Shown piece after piece: positions 17,162 to 28,002 of a stretch of 42,886 bases of DNA (positions within the stretch are counted from its first letter, which is position 1; each line of letters begins with the position of its first letter). The notes below the pieces were generated by a model. The model had not been told where the DNA came from. It searched no databases and worked only from the letters and a program-made list of their open reading frames with translations. Made by a program: the position numbers and the translations under genes. The DNA is taken from the NCBI GenBank assembly GCA_040235515.1, contig JBECKX010000164.1, positions 1-42,886 on the forward strand, written 5' to 3'. This stretch comes from Candidatus Zixiibacteriota bacterium. GTDB taxonomy: Bacteria; Zixibacteria; MSB-5A5; CAIYYT01.

Positions 17162-17311
17162 GTAGGGGCGAGTGGTACTCGCCTGATTCAATTGAGTATG
17201 ACGAGGGCGAATGCCATTCGCCCCTACGACAATGCCCCGAACTTGGCGTGACGTCAGACAGAAATATCTGACCTCCTGCCGTCATGCCCCAAGAGGGCAT
17301 GACCTACTTCA
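17162..17311 (+). repeat. 150-bp composite REP element, copy 2
   Basis: Direct repeat of 15821-15970 (10 mismatches). Confidence 0.95.
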
Positions 17312-17314
17312 TGT

Positions 17315-17373
17315 GAGATCGCCACGTCGCTCCTCCGACCCGCCTGCGGCGGGGAGTCACTCCCCGCGATGAC
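17315..17373 (+). repeat. GAGATCGCCACGTCG...CGCGATGAC repeat
   Basis: Related inverted partial copy at 42063-42103. Confidence 0.7.
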
Positions 17374-17471
17374 ACCTCTGATGCTGTGGCATTTCATCTA
17401 CAGTTCAACTCAAAGTTGCCTCATCGAGGCGGGGTTTGTTAATGACAGTCGGAAGCGTGTGCGGGAGAATT

Positions 17472-17813
17472 TTACCCGTAGCTCTGATTCGCCTCGACAT
17501 CCGATCCCGACTGGGTGGTGAAGCGGATCACGGTCTGCAGGCCGATCTTGATCAGATCGTTACTCTTCAGCAGGGTTTGATCGGTGCGGACTCCATTGAT
17601 GGTGGAGCCATTGCGAGATAGGTTGTTGAAGAGAAACTGATCACCGCGCCTGATCACCGCAAAATGTTCGCGGCTAACAGCGGAATCCTCGTCAGAAATC
17701 ACGAAATCACACTTTTCGGCGCTACGTCCAACCCGGAACTGCACCGCCTCGGTACTGAACTGACGACCCCGATCGGGGCCCTCTTCAACTTTCATAACTG
17801 GTGTTACTGCCAT
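17472..17813 (-). CDS. Stand-alone FHA domain protein
   Basis: VGRS..CDFVISD..VSREH, SRNGSTING, L...DLIKIG. Confidence 0.9.
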   Translation of the reverse strand: MAVTPVMKVEEGPDRGRQFSTEAVQFRVGRSAEKCDFVISDEDSAVSREHFAVIRRGDQFLFNNLSRNGSTINGVRTDQTLLKSNDLIKIGLQTVIRFTTQSGSDVEANQSYG

Positions 17814-17993
17814 ACGGATAGGGAATTTACGCTCTGTCCGGTCAAAATCAATTGGTTTTTAATCACACCGTATTTATCGATCAGCAAGCGGTTAACTTCA
17901 CCCCGTAACTGCTGAAAAGCTGCAACATCCCCGATATTCTGACGTAATTCAGCTTAAAATAGACTTGTCCTATCCAGAGAGGGATGAAACCGA

Positions 17994-18200
17994 ATGACCG
18001 GCAAGCATTTTTCGGGCGATCGTTTTAGAGCGATATCGCTGTTGTTGATTGGAATAGCATTGGGCGCAGCCATCGGTGCAGCTTCAGACTCAATTGCCGT
18101 CTGGGTGAGCGTCGGCGCTGCGGTCGGAGTGGCATTGTCAACCACCCAGGTGGGAGCACGCCGCTGTTCACTGAACCGCAGAAAGCGAGAACAGTCTTGA
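17994..18200 (+). CDS. Small glycine-zipper membrane protein (tentative)
   Basis: 68 aa, IGIALGAAIGAA.D.IAVWVSVGAAVGVAL two-helix pattern. Confidence 0.45.
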   Translation: MTGKHFSGDRFRAISLLLIGIALGAAIGAASDSIAVWVSVGAAVGVALSTTQVGARRCSLNRRKREQS

Positions 18201-18396
18201 TCGCCAAAGCATTCTGAGAATTCCGCGACTGAACTGGGGGGCTGAAGCTACCGCTTTGTAGAGCTACAGAAGGGGGGTAGATCGCCGGCACGGCTAACAT
18301 GGCAATCCCACTACATTTTTATCGATTTTTGATTTGACTGCATCTACCCTGTTACCTATTTTCCTCAGGTTTTAGGGAAAGAGAGGTTGCTAATAG

Positions 18397-19128
18397 ATGA
18401 GTACAACAAGCACTGCAAAAGATTCTGCCCTCTCGAAACCTGCCAGCTTGACGTCTATCTCATTGGGAAAGAAGTACTTCGTGGCAATCAGCGGGGCTGT
18501 GCTCCTGCTCTTTGCCGTGGGGCATATGTTGGGCAACCTGCAGGTTTTCATTGGCCAGGATCAGATGAACACCTACGCCGAGAAACTGCAAGCGATGGGC
18601 CCGATACTATGGTTGATACGGGGGGCCTTGATTGTCATCGCGATTCTCCATATCTGGTTTGCCACCAAGCTGAAGCTGGAGAACGTTGCCGCGCGTCCCG
18701 TCCCCTACGCGCACAAGACCTGGGTTGAGGCAAGTCTCGCCTCACGTACGATGATCTGGAGCGGGCTGCTGATTCTGGCGTTCATCGCCTATCACCTGGC
18801 GCACTACACGCTGCACTGGACCAATCCTGAGTATGACAAACTGGTCGATTCGCTCGGCCGCAAAGATGTCTTCTCGATGGTGGTGTTCGGTTTCAAGAAC
18901 TACATCATATCAGGAATCTACATCATCATGATGTTCCTCCTGGCGCTTCACCTCAGTCACGGCACCAAGAGCATGTTTCAATCGATGGGCTGGAATAATG
19001 CCCGTTGGGAACCGAGGCTCCACAAACTTGCCTGGGCGGTAGCAACGATTCTCTTTCTCGGCTACATCTCGATTCCGATCGCGATCATGCTCGGGGTAAT
19101 CACTCTTCCTGCGGGGGTGACACTATGA
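18397..19128 (+). CDS. sdhC: Succinate dehydrogenase cytochrome b subunit
   Basis: [36 protein letters not shown]; five TM helices. Confidence 0.93.
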   Translation: MSTTSTAKDSALSKPASLTSISLGKKYFVAISGAVLLLFAVGHMLGNLQVFIGQDQMNTYAEKLQAMGPILWLIRGALIVIAILHIWFATKLKLENVAARPVPYAHKTWVEASLASRTMIWSGLLILAFIAYHLAHYTLHWTNPEYDKLVDSLGRKDVFSMVVFGFKNYIISGIYIIMMFLLALHLSHGTKSMFQSMGWNNARWEPRLHKLAWAVATILFLGYISIPIAIMLGVITLPAGVTL

Positions 19129-21050
19129 CCGACTCGATAAAACTGGATTCCAAGGTTCCATCCGGCCCGTTGGCTGAGAAATGGGATAAACATAAATTCA
19201 ACCTCAAACTGGTAGCTCCGGCCAATCGCCGCAAGTACAAGGTGATCATCGTCGGTAGCGGTCTTGCCGGCGGCTCGGCAGCAGCCACGCTGGCTGAACT
19301 TGGCTACGACGTTTCCTGTTTCTGTTATCAGGATAGCCCCCGGCGGGCACACTCGATCGCAGCGCAGGGAGGCATCAACGCCGCCAAGAACTACCAGAAT
19401 GATGGCGATTCCGTATTCCGCCTTTTCTATGACACAATCAAGGGAGGTGACTTCCGCTCACGCGAGGCCAACACCTACCGGCTGGCACAGGTATCGGAAA
19501 ACATCATCGACCAGTGTGTGGCGCAGGGCGTTCCCTTCGCGCGTGAATATGGCGGTCATCTAGCCAATCGTTCGTTCGGCGGCGCACAGGTGTCGCGAAC
19601 CTTCTATGCCCGTGGCCAAACGGGCCAGCAATTGCTGTTGGGCTGCTACCAGGCGCTGGCACGCCAAATCGGAGCCGGCAAGGTGAAGATGTATCCCCGC
19701 ACCGAGATGCTTGACCTGGTGGTTGTGGATGGTCACGCCAAAGGGATCATCGTACGTGACATGGAGACCGGTCGGATCAGTCCTTACGCGGCTGACGCGG
19801 TGGTGCTGGCTACGGGTGGATACAGCAATGTCTTTTTCCTCTCGACCAATGCCACTGGCTGTAACGTCACGGCGGCTTACCGCGCCTATAAGAAGGGTGC
19901 GCTGTTCGCCAATCCCTGCTACACGCAGATTCACCCGACCTGCATCCCGGTTTCAGGCGATCACCAGTCGAAGCTGACTCTGATGTCTGAGTCACTCCGC
20001 AATGATGGTCGCATCTGGGTTCCCAAGGAAGCCGGGGATATGCGGAAGCCGAACGATATACCGGAATCAGAACGTGACTATTATCTCGAGCGCAAGTATC
20101 CCTCCTTCGGGAACCTGGCGCCACGCGATATTTCGTCTCGGTCCGCCAAGGAGGTGTGCGACGAGGGTCGCGGAGTGGGTGAGACCGGCCGCGGCGTCTA
20201 TCTCGATTTCTCGGATGCGATCAAGCGTTTGGGTGAAGACACGATCCGTGACCGCTACGGCAACCTCTTCGATATGTACGAGCGAATCACCGGTGAGAAT
20301 CCTTACCAGGTGCCGATGCGTATCTACCCGGCACCCCACTATACGATGGGCGGGCTCTGGGTTGATTACAACCTCGAGAGCAACCTGCCGGGACTGTTCG
20401 TTCTGGGTGAGGCCAATTTCTCGGACCATGGCGCCAACCGGCTGGGGGCGTCTGCGCTGATGCAGGGGCTTGCCGATGGGTATTTCGTGATTCCCTACAC
20501 GATCGGCGATTACTTCGCGCGCAATAAGCCGAATGTTCCACCGACCGATCACCCCGAATTCAAGCATGCGGAAGGGGAGGCGCGCAACAAGATCAAGAAG
20601 CTGCTCTCGATCAAGGGCAAGAAGACCGTGATGGAGTTGCACCGCCAGCTTGGTCACCTCATCTGGGAATATTGCGGCATGTCTCGCTCTGCAGAGGGTC
20701 TCAGGAAAGCTCTCGAAGAGATCCCGCAGATTCGTGAGGAGTTCTGGAGCAACGTCAATGTAACCGGTGGCAATGAGGAACTGAACCAGGCGCTTGAACG
20801 CGCCGGTCGCGTTGCCGATTTCCTCGAATTCGGTGAGTTGATGTGCCGTGACGCGCTCGATCGCGATGAGTCGTGCGGCGGGCATTTCCGTGTGGAACAC
20901 CAGACGGAAGAGGGTGAAGCCAAACGCAACGACGAAAAGTTCAGCTATGTTTCGGCATGGCAGTATGCCGGAGAGGGCAAGGAGCCGGTTCTCCACAAGG
21001 AAGAACTGACATTCGAATTCGTAAAGCCGGGACAGAGGAGTTACAAGTAA
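19125..21050 (+). CDS. sdhA: Succinate dehydrogenase/fumarate reductase flavoprotein
   Basis: [42 protein letters not shown] 19125 overlaps the sdhC stop. Confidence 0.96.
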   Translation: MTDSIKLDSKVPSGPLAEKWDKHKFNLKLVAPANRRKYKVIIVGSGLAGGSAAATLAELGYDVSCFCYQDSPRRAHSIAAQGGINAAKNYQNDGDSVFRLFYDTIKGGDFRSREANTYRLAQVSENIIDQCVAQGVPFAREYGGHLANRSFGGAQVSRTFYARGQTGQQLLLGCYQALARQIGAGKVKMYPRTEMLDLVVVDGHAKGIIVRDMETGRISPYAADAVVLATGGYSNVFFLSTNATGCNVTAAYRAYKKGALFANPCYTQIHPTCIPVSGDHQSKLTLMSESLRNDGRIWVPKEAGDMRKPNDIPESERDYYLERKYPSFGNLAPRDISSRSAKEVCDEGRGVGETGRGVYLDFSDAIKRLGEDTIRDRYGNLFDMYERITGENPYQVPMRIYPAPHYTMGGLWVDYNLESNLPGLFVLGEANFSDHGANRLGASALMQGLADGYFVIPYTIGDYFARNKPNVPPTDHPEFKHAEGEARNKIKKLLSIKGKKTVMELHRQLGHLIWEYCGMSRSAEGLRKALEEIPQIREEFWSNVNVTGGNEELNQALERAGRVADFLEFGELMCRDALDRDESCGGHFRVEHQTEEGEAKRNDEKFSYVSAWQYAGEGKEPVLHKEELTFEFVKPGQRSYK

Positions 21051-21793
21051 TGAATCTCAAGCTCAAAGTCTGGCGGCAGAAGAATCGCCAGGATAAGGGA
21101 AAGATGGTCGAGTACCCGGCGAATGATATCAATGAACATATGTCGTTTCTGGAGATGCTCGATGTCGTCAATGAGAATCTGATCAAGCATGGCGAGGAGC
21201 CGATCGCGTTCGATCATGATTGCCGTGAGGGGATCTGCGGGACTTGCTCGTTGACAATCAATGGTATTCCGCACGGGCCGGAGCGGGCAACGACCGCCTG
21301 CCAGCTGCATATGCGGCACTTCAAGGATGGCGATACGATATATATCGAGCCGTGGCGCGCCAAGGCGTTCCCGGTAATCAAGGATTTGATCGTCGACCGT
21401 TCGGCGTTCGACAAGATCATCCAGGCGGGTGGCTTCATCTCCGTTAATACCGGCGGGGCACCCGATGCCAACGCTCTGCCGATTCCGAAGGATGATGCCG
21501 AGGTCGCGTTCGATGCCGCTGCTTGTATCGGTTGCGGTGCTTGTGTGGCGGCGTGCAAGAATGCCTCGGCGATGCTCTTTGTTTCGGCCAAGGTAGGCCA
21601 CCTGGCGATGTTGCCGCAGGGACAGGTCGAGCGGGAACGTCGCGTCCTCAGTATGGTTAAGGCAATGGATGAAGCGGGCTTCGGCAACTGCACCAACTAC
21701 TACGAGTGTGAAGCCGTATGTCCGAAAGAGATCAAGGTGAGCTTCATCGCCAAGATGAACCGCGAGTACGCGAAGGCGCTGCGGGCTGGGTAG
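21050..21793 (+). CDS. sdhB: Succinate dehydrogenase Fe-S subunit
   Basis: [37 protein letters not shown] overlaps the sdhA TAA. Confidence 0.96.
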   Translation: MNLKLKVWRQKNRQDKGKMVEYPANDINEHMSFLEMLDVVNENLIKHGEEPIAFDHDCREGICGTCSLTINGIPHGPERATTACQLHMRHFKDGDTIYIEPWRAKAFPVIKDLIVDRSAFDKIIQAGGFISVNTGGAPDANALPIPKDDAEVAFDAAACIGCGACVAACKNASAMLFVSAKVGHLAMLPQGQVERERRVLSMVKAMDEAGFGNCTNYYECEAVCPKEIKVSFIAKMNREYAKALRAG

Positions 21794-21837
21794 GAAGTTC
21801 GCAAGGGCGTCCATTGTGGACGTCTGATTCGAGAGAT

Positions 21838-22092
21838 ACACACCCCGACTTCCGCGTTCGACAGATCGAACGCAGAATCCGCCCCTCTTGAGAGGGGAAT
21901 TAGTCTCGCGCGTCGCGTGATACATGTGCGAAGGAGCCGAATTCCTCCGGTAAACGGGGGGAAGGGTGCAAGTCGCTGAGGTGAAGCATAGCTTCATCGT
22001 CATTCCCGCGCAGGCGGGAATCCAGACTCGCAGGTCAAGCCGTTTTGGGGTTGACAGGTTCAACCGTCGGAACCACAAGAGTTCCGACCTAC
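21838..22092. repeat. Intergenic cluster of palindromic repeats
   Basis: ACACACCCC...CCCCTCTTGAGAGGGG (21838-97); GTCATTCCCGCGCAGGCGGGAATCCAG (21999-22025); REP-like pair 22031-22092 ending GACCTAC. Confidence 0.8.
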
Positions 22093-22187
22093 TCATCGAG
22101 ATCTCAATTGATTCGAAGATTCTGTTGCTCGGCAGCCGGGAATGCCTCCTGACTGCCATAACCATAACTTGAGGGACCTGAATTTAT

Positions 22188-22604
22188 ATGTACCCCGAAG
22201 AATTAGTTACCCCGATGCGCAGGGAGCTGACTGAACTCGGATTTGAAGAGTGGAAGTCGGCCAAGGATGTGGATAGCGTGCTCGGCAAGAAGCGTGGCAC
22301 GGTACTGGTCGTGTTCAACTCTGTTTGCGGCTGTGCTGCAGGCAACGCTCGACCAGGTGTAAAAATGGCGCTGAAACACCCGACGCTGCCACAGAAGCTG
22401 GCGACTGTGTTCGCCGGACAAGACACCGAAGCAGTCGCCCGAGCCCGTGAGTATGTCAAAGGCTATCCGCCGTCATCCCCGTCGATGGCACTGTTTAAGG
22501 ACGGGAAGCTGGTTCATATGGTCGAGCGGCATGACATCGAGGGGCATCATCCCGAGACGATTGCGCAGAATCTGCAGCATGCGTTTGATGCATATTTGAA
22601 GTAG
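22188..22604 (+). CDS. BrxA/BrxB family bacilliredoxin
   Basis: MYPEELVTPMR, NSVCGCAAGNARP, TVFAGQD.EA, PPSSPS.ALFKDG. Confidence 0.93.
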   Translation: MYPEELVTPMRRELTELGFEEWKSAKDVDSVLGKKRGTVLVVFNSVCGCAAGNARPGVKMALKHPTLPQKLATVFAGQDTEAVARAREYVKGYPPSSPSMALFKDGKLVHMVERHDIEGHHPETIAQNLQHAFDAYLK

Positions 22605-22612
22605 GGGTTCTA

Positions 22613-22983
22613 ACACACCCCCGTACCAAACCAGTCGCTTCGCGCCTGGATTGGTACGACCCCTCTCAAGAGGGGTTAGCGTTTCGTTGGCTATAAAGTG
22701 TTGGTGTATCGCGCCGTCAGGAGTCCTTTCCTGACGGCAGAATTGATGTGCGGCAGGAGAGGACTCCTACCACTGCAACTGGCGAAAGTAACTTGTAGAG
22801 TGGTGCTCAAGAATGACGCCAGATGGGTACGTCGTAGGTCCGAACCCCGGTGGTTCGGACAACAGTTGTAGATCAAGCCCTCTTGGGGCTTGACAGGTTG
22901 CAGAGAATGGTAGGGGCGAGTGGCACTCGCCCAGAGACCAACAATCAGAGATATGCTCATGGGCGAATACCATCCGCCCTTAC
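22613..22983. repeat. Mosaic REP cluster
   Basis: Elements at 22613-75, 22713-38, 22834-60, 22868-94, and a GTAGGGGCGAGTGGCACTCGCCC...GGGCGAATACCATCCGCCCTTAC pair at 22910-83. Confidence 0.85.
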
Positions 22984-22995
22984 GGAAGAGGACCA

Positions 22996-23490
22996 ATGAC
23001 CACAACCGACATCTTCAAAGAGTTCCGGCCCGACACGCGGCTGTGGGTCTACGCTTTCCCGCAGAAGCTGGATCGCCAACAACTCCACCTGGTCCGTACG
23101 ATCCTGAATGAATTCGTCCAGGACTGGAAATCGCATCAGGATGATGTTCGCGGCGAGTTTGAGATTCTCCACGATCAGTTCGTGTTCATCGCAGGAGAGA
23201 GCATCGACAAGATTTCAGGTTGCTCAATTGACTCCAGCGTGAGAGTTTTCAAGTTCCTGCGCGACCAGCATGGTCTTGATGCTCTTGATCGCAACCGTGT
23301 TTACTACCGGGAAGGGGATAAGATCATGATGACGCCGCGATCGGAGTTCCAGCCACTCGTCGATTCCGGCAAAGTCAACTCTGATACTATCGTCTTCGAC
23401 ACCTCGATCCACACTGTTGGCGAGCTACATGCCGGCAAATGGGAGTTACCCTTCAGACAAAGCTGGCATGCGGAGGCATTTGCGGGGTAG
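22996..23490 (+). CDS. Conserved hypothetical protein (SGCSIDS family, common in Bacteroidota)
   Basis: RLWVY, W.SH, SGCSIDSSV, SWH motifs; no Walker A. Confidence 0.8.
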   Translation: MTTTDIFKEFRPDTRLWVYAFPQKLDRQQLHLVRTILNEFVQDWKSHQDDVRGEFEILHDQFVFIAGESIDKISGCSIDSSVRVFKFLRDQHGLDALDRNRVYYREGDKIMMTPRSEFQPLVDSGKVNSDTIVFDTSIHTVGELHAGKWELPFRQSWHAEAFAG

Positions 23491-23656
23491 GGGGGGTGAA
23501 CTAGTTCACCGCGCTTCGAATGTATAGCACCGAAACGGGGCTGGGCCTGATTCTTCGCACAATCTCTTCATAGCTGCATTTGGATTGATGGCCGAACCTG
23601 CTCGGCCCGCATTATTCATAGTAGCATGCGGCTACTGCCCATATATCTTTCCACCC

Positions 23657-24115
23657 ATGCTTTTCCTCAAGACCGTAATCTCAATACTCGCTTTGCCGGG
23701 AATCGTGGTCGGTGCAATACCGACGCTCCTGATTTCGAACGATCCGTGGCGCTGGAGTGGACATTGGCTCGGCTACATCCCGACAATGCTCGGTTTGGCA
23801 ATCCTTGCGATGTCGATCGGCGCGTTTTACGTCGCCGGTAAAGGCACCCTCGCGCCCTGGGCGCCGCCGAAGAGTGTAGTGCGTGTGGGGCTCTACAGAT
23901 TCGTCCGCAGCCCCATGTATGTGGGGGTTCTGCTGTGCCTCCTCGGCCTCGCTATCAGCTACGGATCACCGCTGGTGGGGTGTTACTTCATCTTCATCGG
24001 AGTGATCTTCCATTTGAACCTCGTCTATATCGAGGAGCCGCGTCTGGCCAAGCAGTTCGGCGAGAAATGGAAACAGTATGCCGCTGCGGTACCACGCTGG
24101 CTACCGCGGGTTTGA
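23657..24115 (+). CDS. Isoprenylcysteine carboxyl methyltransferase / PEMT family membrane protein
   Basis: GKGTLAPWAPP, GLYRFVRSPMYVG, EEPRL..FGE.W..Y...VPRW. Confidence 0.88.
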   Translation: MLFLKTVISILALPGIVVGAIPTLLISNDPWRWSGHWLGYIPTMLGLAILAMSIGAFYVAGKGTLAPWAPPKSVVRVGLYRFVRSPMYVGVLLCLLGLAISYGSPLVGCYFIFIGVIFHLNLVYIEEPRLAKQFGEKWKQYAAAVPRWLPRV

Positions 24116-24156
24116 GGAGTTGATTCGCCTGCGCCAGCGCACTCTGCAGGCGCACT

Positions 24157-25926
24157 CTACTTCATCTGATAGAGATCTATAGTCTTCATGCGCAGCAGCA
24201 TGTTGATCAATGGATGATAGTAACCTCGCACGCCGCGCGCGATAGTAGCGCGAATCCTCTCTTGATCAAAGAGTGGACTGTTCAAACTTGCGATCAGGTC
24301 AAAGAGAGTCTGGGAATCTCGAAGAAACTGAAAATTCGCCCAACCGGAACGCGGCTGCCAGGCATAGTCGTTCTGCCGCGCCTTGATCTTCGCCTGCATC
24401 GACTCACCGAGCTTTCGGTACGCCCGTGACACTTCCTGAATCAAAACCGGACGTTTCGTCTTTACGAGCACGGCGGCTGTGGGGAAATCAAGCAGTTGCG
24501 GCGCCAATCGTTTGAGCACAAGTCGGCACAGTTTGTTGTTCGTTCGACAGGGAAAGGGCAAGCCGAAGGCGAACTCTGAGAGGCTGCGCGCTGCAAATGG
24601 CACCAGCGGTGGCAGCTTCCACACGGCTGTCCGCAATTGATCTGCGATACTCTGGCTGGCGCGCTGCTCGGCGCTGAACGCCTCAATGGTAGAATCTACA
24701 GTCGGTGCACCCTGATCGACGTAGCCATGCACAACCTGTTCTAAGTCAGCGTTGACTTGCTCGTGCAGCCCCCGAAATCGATCGTTCCATATCTCTTCGT
24801 TGAAATACCAGGGAACCTGGTACTCCGCCTGCCTCAAAATTGCCATCGCTCCCGACAGAACCGCGGCGGGGCTTACTCTCCGGCCCGTACCCATTTTACC
24901 GCCAACCGTCAACGCTGGCAGCAAAGCCAGGTATTTCCTTACTCCCCTAATCGACATTGAGGCTCCATACCCGCCTCCGAATATTTCTCCATAGATTCCG
25001 GATGAAACCGAATTGCATCCCGCACTGACCGCCTCAAGACCGGCATCAAACCAGGAGGGTGACATCACGCTCTCGGTTCGATCAAAAACTTCAGCCAGTC
25101 TGCCGGGTGTAAACGACTCTGAACCCAGGGGGCGAGAAATCAGGCGAATTCCTGTAGCCGCGGCGATCTGTTTCACGATTGCCGCCTCGCGGCTTTCCAT
25201 GTCGCCATGATTGTAGAGAACCAATCCGGCCGTGCTTCCGGATGCCAGCGCAGCGGCGAGAAGAGTGCGCGAGTCCCAACCTGCAGACATCATCAACATG
25301 CTGCCAGCCATCTTTTCGCTCGAAGCCGTCAGGAGTTCCGCTGCTGTGTCAACCGCCGCTCCCGCTTCGAGAGTCCCCCCTCTCTCCCACCAAGAGGCAT
25401 AAGTGCTGGAGTCGATCGAGTTTGAGTCGGCGACAAAAGTGACTCTCTGCGCCGGCCTGATGCGTGATATCCCCTTGAATAGTGTGCGCGCGCCGACAGT
25501 TCCGGCATATTTCAGCATTTCGAGAACACCGATGTCGTCCGGCTCATTGCCACCATGCTGCGCCAGTTCGCGCAGACTATCTGAAACGGCGAAGCTCGTA
25601 CCGTCGTGACTCCAGAAGAGCGGATAATAGCCGACGAAGTCAGATTGTGCCATCATCCGGCGCTGTTTCAGGTCAATCAACACGATCGCACCCGGTTCTT
25701 CGAAGCGGGAATCAAGCAGGCGATCTAGTGCGGGCGGTGCGGTGTTCTTCAAGAGCGCGCCGAGTTCCGCGATGAACCCGTGCGTGCCAACTCCCCAAAT
25801 GTGTCCAGCTGCGGAGGACGCAGTCAGGAGGGGTTTTGGGAGGGCGCACGAATCCCTGACTTCCCAGTTGTCAGCCGCAGTTCCCCTTGGCAGCCGTTGC
25901 AAATATTCGGACGATAAGATCAGCAT
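24157..25926 (-). CDS. Asparagine synthetase-related amidotransferase/ATP pyrophosphatase
   Basis: D.VG.YPLFW, RTLFKGISRI, PP-loop MSAGWDSR, SG.YGEIFGG; no N-terminal catalytic Cys. Confidence 0.75.
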   Translation of the reverse strand: MLILSSEYLQRLPRGTAADNWEVRDSCALPKPLLTASSAAGHIWGVGTHGFIAELGALLKNTAPPALDRLLDSRFEEPGAIVLIDLKQRRMMAQSDFVGYYPLFWSHDGTSFAVSDSLRELAQHGGNEPDDIGVLEMLKYAGTVGARTLFKGISRIRPAQRVTFVADSNSIDSSTYASWWERGGTLEAGAAVDTAAELLTASSEKMAGSMLMMSAGWDSRTLLAAALASGSTAGLVLYNHGDMESREAAIVKQIAAATGIRLISRPLGSESFTPGRLAEVFDRTESVMSPSWFDAGLEAVSAGCNSVSSGIYGEIFGGGYGASMSIRGVRKYLALLPALTVGGKMGTGRRVSPAAVLSGAMAILRQAEYQVPWYFNEEIWNDRFRGLHEQVNADLEQVVHGYVDQGAPTVDSTIEAFSAEQRASQSIADQLRTAVWKLPPLVPFAARSLSEFAFGLPFPCRTNNKLCRLVLKRLAPQLLDFPTAAVLVKTKRPVLIQEVSRAYRKLGESMQAKIKARQNDYAWQPRSGWANFQFLRDSQTLFDLIASLNSPLFDQERIRATIARGVRGYYHPLINMLLRMKTIDLYQMK

Positions 25927-26052
25927 CTTATGAATGATATCGGCAAAAACCGATTCTCAAAAACGGTAATTGACTCGGCTTGAATCACCTTAGTATCGAG
26001 CCGCTCTTCCAATGGTGAGCGCATCCCAGGCGTCTAATTCTAAAATCCTCAT

Positions 26053-26099
26053 TTGACAAAGTTAGGGGAATAGAATAATATTTCGTCGATTAGCGAAAT
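26053..26099 (+). promoter_or_regulatory. ars operon promoter and ArsR operator
   Basis: TTGACA 26053-58, 17 bp spacer, TAATAT 26076-81; ATTTCG-N8-CGAAAT 26080-99 overlaps the start codon. Confidence 0.75.
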
Positions 26100-26487
26100 G
26101 GAGAAACAGGTGACTGAACAGCTTGACAGGGTATTGGAAATCACGAAGGCGCTCGCTGATGAAAGCCGTGTTCGCGCGCTGATGGCATTGCGTGGCCGCG
26201 AGCTTTGCGTGTGCCAGATCATCGAACTGCTGCAACTGGCGGGTTCGACGATTTCCAAGCATATGTCGATTCTGAAGCAGGCGGGCCTGGTAGCGGCGCG
26301 CAAAGAGGGTCGGTGGATCTATTTCCGGTTAGCCGAGGATTCGGAACAAGCGGAGGTCGTCGAAGCAATTGCGTATCTTCGGCAACAACTACGTAACGAT
26401 GAGAGAATCAGAGCTGATCGCAGGCGTCTGCGCGAAATCCTTCAACTTGACAAAGAGGTGTTATGCAGCGCGCAACGGGCAGGCTGA
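26098..26487 (+). CDS. arsR: Arsenic-responsive repressor
   Basis: KALADESR, ELCVCQI, STISKHM..L. Confidence 0.9.
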   Translation: MEKQVTEQLDRVLEITKALADESRVRALMALRGRELCVCQIIELLQLAGSTISKHMSILKQAGLVAARKEGRWIYFRLAEDSEQAEVVEAIAYLRQQLRNDERIRADRRRLREILQLDKEVLCSAQRAG

Positions 26488-26915
26488 GGGTATTGTTCCT
26501 CTGCACCGGAAACTCGTGTCGTTCGCAGATGGCCGAAGGTTGGGCGCGACATCTTCTGGGGGACAAAGTCGAAGCGTTCAGCGCAGGAACGGAACCGCAT
26601 GGGCTCAATCCTGATGCAGTGCGTGTGATGGCGGATGCCGGTGTAGATATCAGCATCCAGAAATCGCAGCATCTTTCAGAGTTTCTTGAGGAAGATTTTG
26701 ACCTGGTAGTTACCGTGTGCGACAATGCCAGAGAGAGTTGTCCAACATTTCCGGGCGCGAAGCGCACGATCCACCGCAGTTTCGACGACCCACCGCGTCT
26801 GGCAGCCGGCGCCGGTTCAGCAGCGGAAGCGCTGGAGCACTATCGCCGGGTTCGCGACGAGATCAGGGAATTCGTTAGTTCGCTGCCAAACCTCATCAGC
26901 CAATCGGAGCAGTAA
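26463..26915 (+). CDS. arsC: Arsenate reductase (thioredoxin-type, LMW-PTP fold)
   Basis: [32 protein letters not shown]. Confidence 0.93.
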   Translation: MQRATGRLRVLFLCTGNSCRSQMAEGWARHLLGDKVEAFSAGTEPHGLNPDAVRVMADAGVDISIQKSQHLSEFLEEDFDLVVTVCDNARESCPTFPGAKRTIHRSFDDPPRLAAGAGSAAEALEHYRRVRDEIREFVSSLPNLISQSEQ

Positions 26916-26916
26916 C

Positions 26917-28002
26917 TTGAGTAACCAAAACACAGAATGTCCGCGTAGATCGCGACTTGGATTCATCGATCGATTCCTGACCCTCTGGATATTCCTGGCG
27001 ATGGCCGTTGGAGTGGGACTGGGGCATTTTCTTCCCTCGATTGAAGGGGTGATTAACCGGTTCCAGTCAGGTACGACAAATATCCCGATCGCTATCGGTC
27101 TGATCCTGATGATGTACCCGCCACTGGCAAAGGTAAAGTACGAGAAGCTGGGAGAGGTTTTCCGCAACTGGCGCATCCTGACGCTCTCTCTTGTGCAGAA
27201 TTGGGTTATCGGTCCAATCTTGATGTTCGCACTCGCGGTGCTGCTCCTGCCCAACTATCCGGATTACATGACCGGGTTGATTCTGATCGGGCTGGCTCGT
27301 TGTATCGCGATGGTAATAGTCTGGAACGAACTCGCAGGTGGAGACTCGGAGTACGCCGCCGGACTGGTGGCTTTCAATAGTGTCTTCCAGATTTTGTTCT
27401 ACAGCGTGTACGCCTGGATCTTCGTAACATTGCTGCCAGAGTGGCTGGGCTTGCAGGGCAGCGTTGTCGATATCTCGATGGGACAGGTAGCCGAGAGCGT
27501 AGCGATATATCTCGGAATACCATTCTTCGCAGGCATGCTCACCCGTTTCCTGCTGGTGAAGGCCAAAGGGAAGGAGTGGTACGAGAGCTGGTTCATTCCA
27601 CGTATTAGCCCCATCACGCTGGTGGCGTTGCTGTTCACGATACTCGTGATGTTCTCCCTCAAAGGGGATATGATCGTGCAGATACCGTTGGATGTACTGC
27701 GGATCGCCGTGCCGCTGCTGATCTATTTCGTCGTGATGTTCTTTATCAGCTTCTTGATGGGTCGCAAAGTCGGCGCAGACTACTCCCGAACAGCCACGCT
27801 CTCCTTCACAGCAGCCAGCAATAATTTCGAGCTGGCGATCGCCGTGGCGGTTGCGGTATTCGGTATAGATTCCGGCGTGGCGTTCGCAGCTGTGATTGGG
27901 CCATTGGTGGAGGTACCGGTGCTCATTGCGCTGGTAAACGTCGCCATCTACTTCCAGCGGCGCTATTTCGGCAATGCCGAGGTAGCCACAGATCCGACCT
28001 GA
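26917..28002 (+). CDS. acr3: ACR3 family arsenite efflux transporter
   Basis: [47 protein letters not shown] start 26917 after GGAG. Confidence 0.95.
   Translation: MSNQNTECPRRSRLGFIDRFLTLWIFLAMAVGVGLGHFLPSIEGVINRFQSGTTNIPIAIGLILMMYPPLAKVKYEKLGEVFRNWRILTLSLVQNWVIGPILMFALAVLLLPNYPDYMTGLILIGLARCIAMVIVWNELAGGDSEYAAGLVAFNSVFQILFYSVYAWIFVTLLPEWLGLQGSVVDISMGQVAESVAIYLGIPFFAGMLTRFLLVKAKGKEWYESWFIPRISPITLVALLFTILVMFSLKGDMIVQIPLDVLRIAVPLLIYFVVMFFISFLMGRKVGADYSRTATLSFTAASNNFELAIAVAVAVFGIDSGVAFAAVIGPLVEVPVLIALVNVAIYFQRRYFGNAEVATDPT

Noticed and set aside
15821..22983. CRISPR array or integron attC array
   Set aside because: Repeats are dispersed, of mixed classes and not regularly spaced; no cas or integrase gene is present.
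24157..25926. Lasso peptide cyclase cluster
   Set aside because: No precursor, B1/B2 protease or transporter genes adjacent.
25937..25944. GCCGATAT sigma28 -10 upstream of the Asn-synthetase-like gene
   Set aside because: No matching -35 at the proper spacing.
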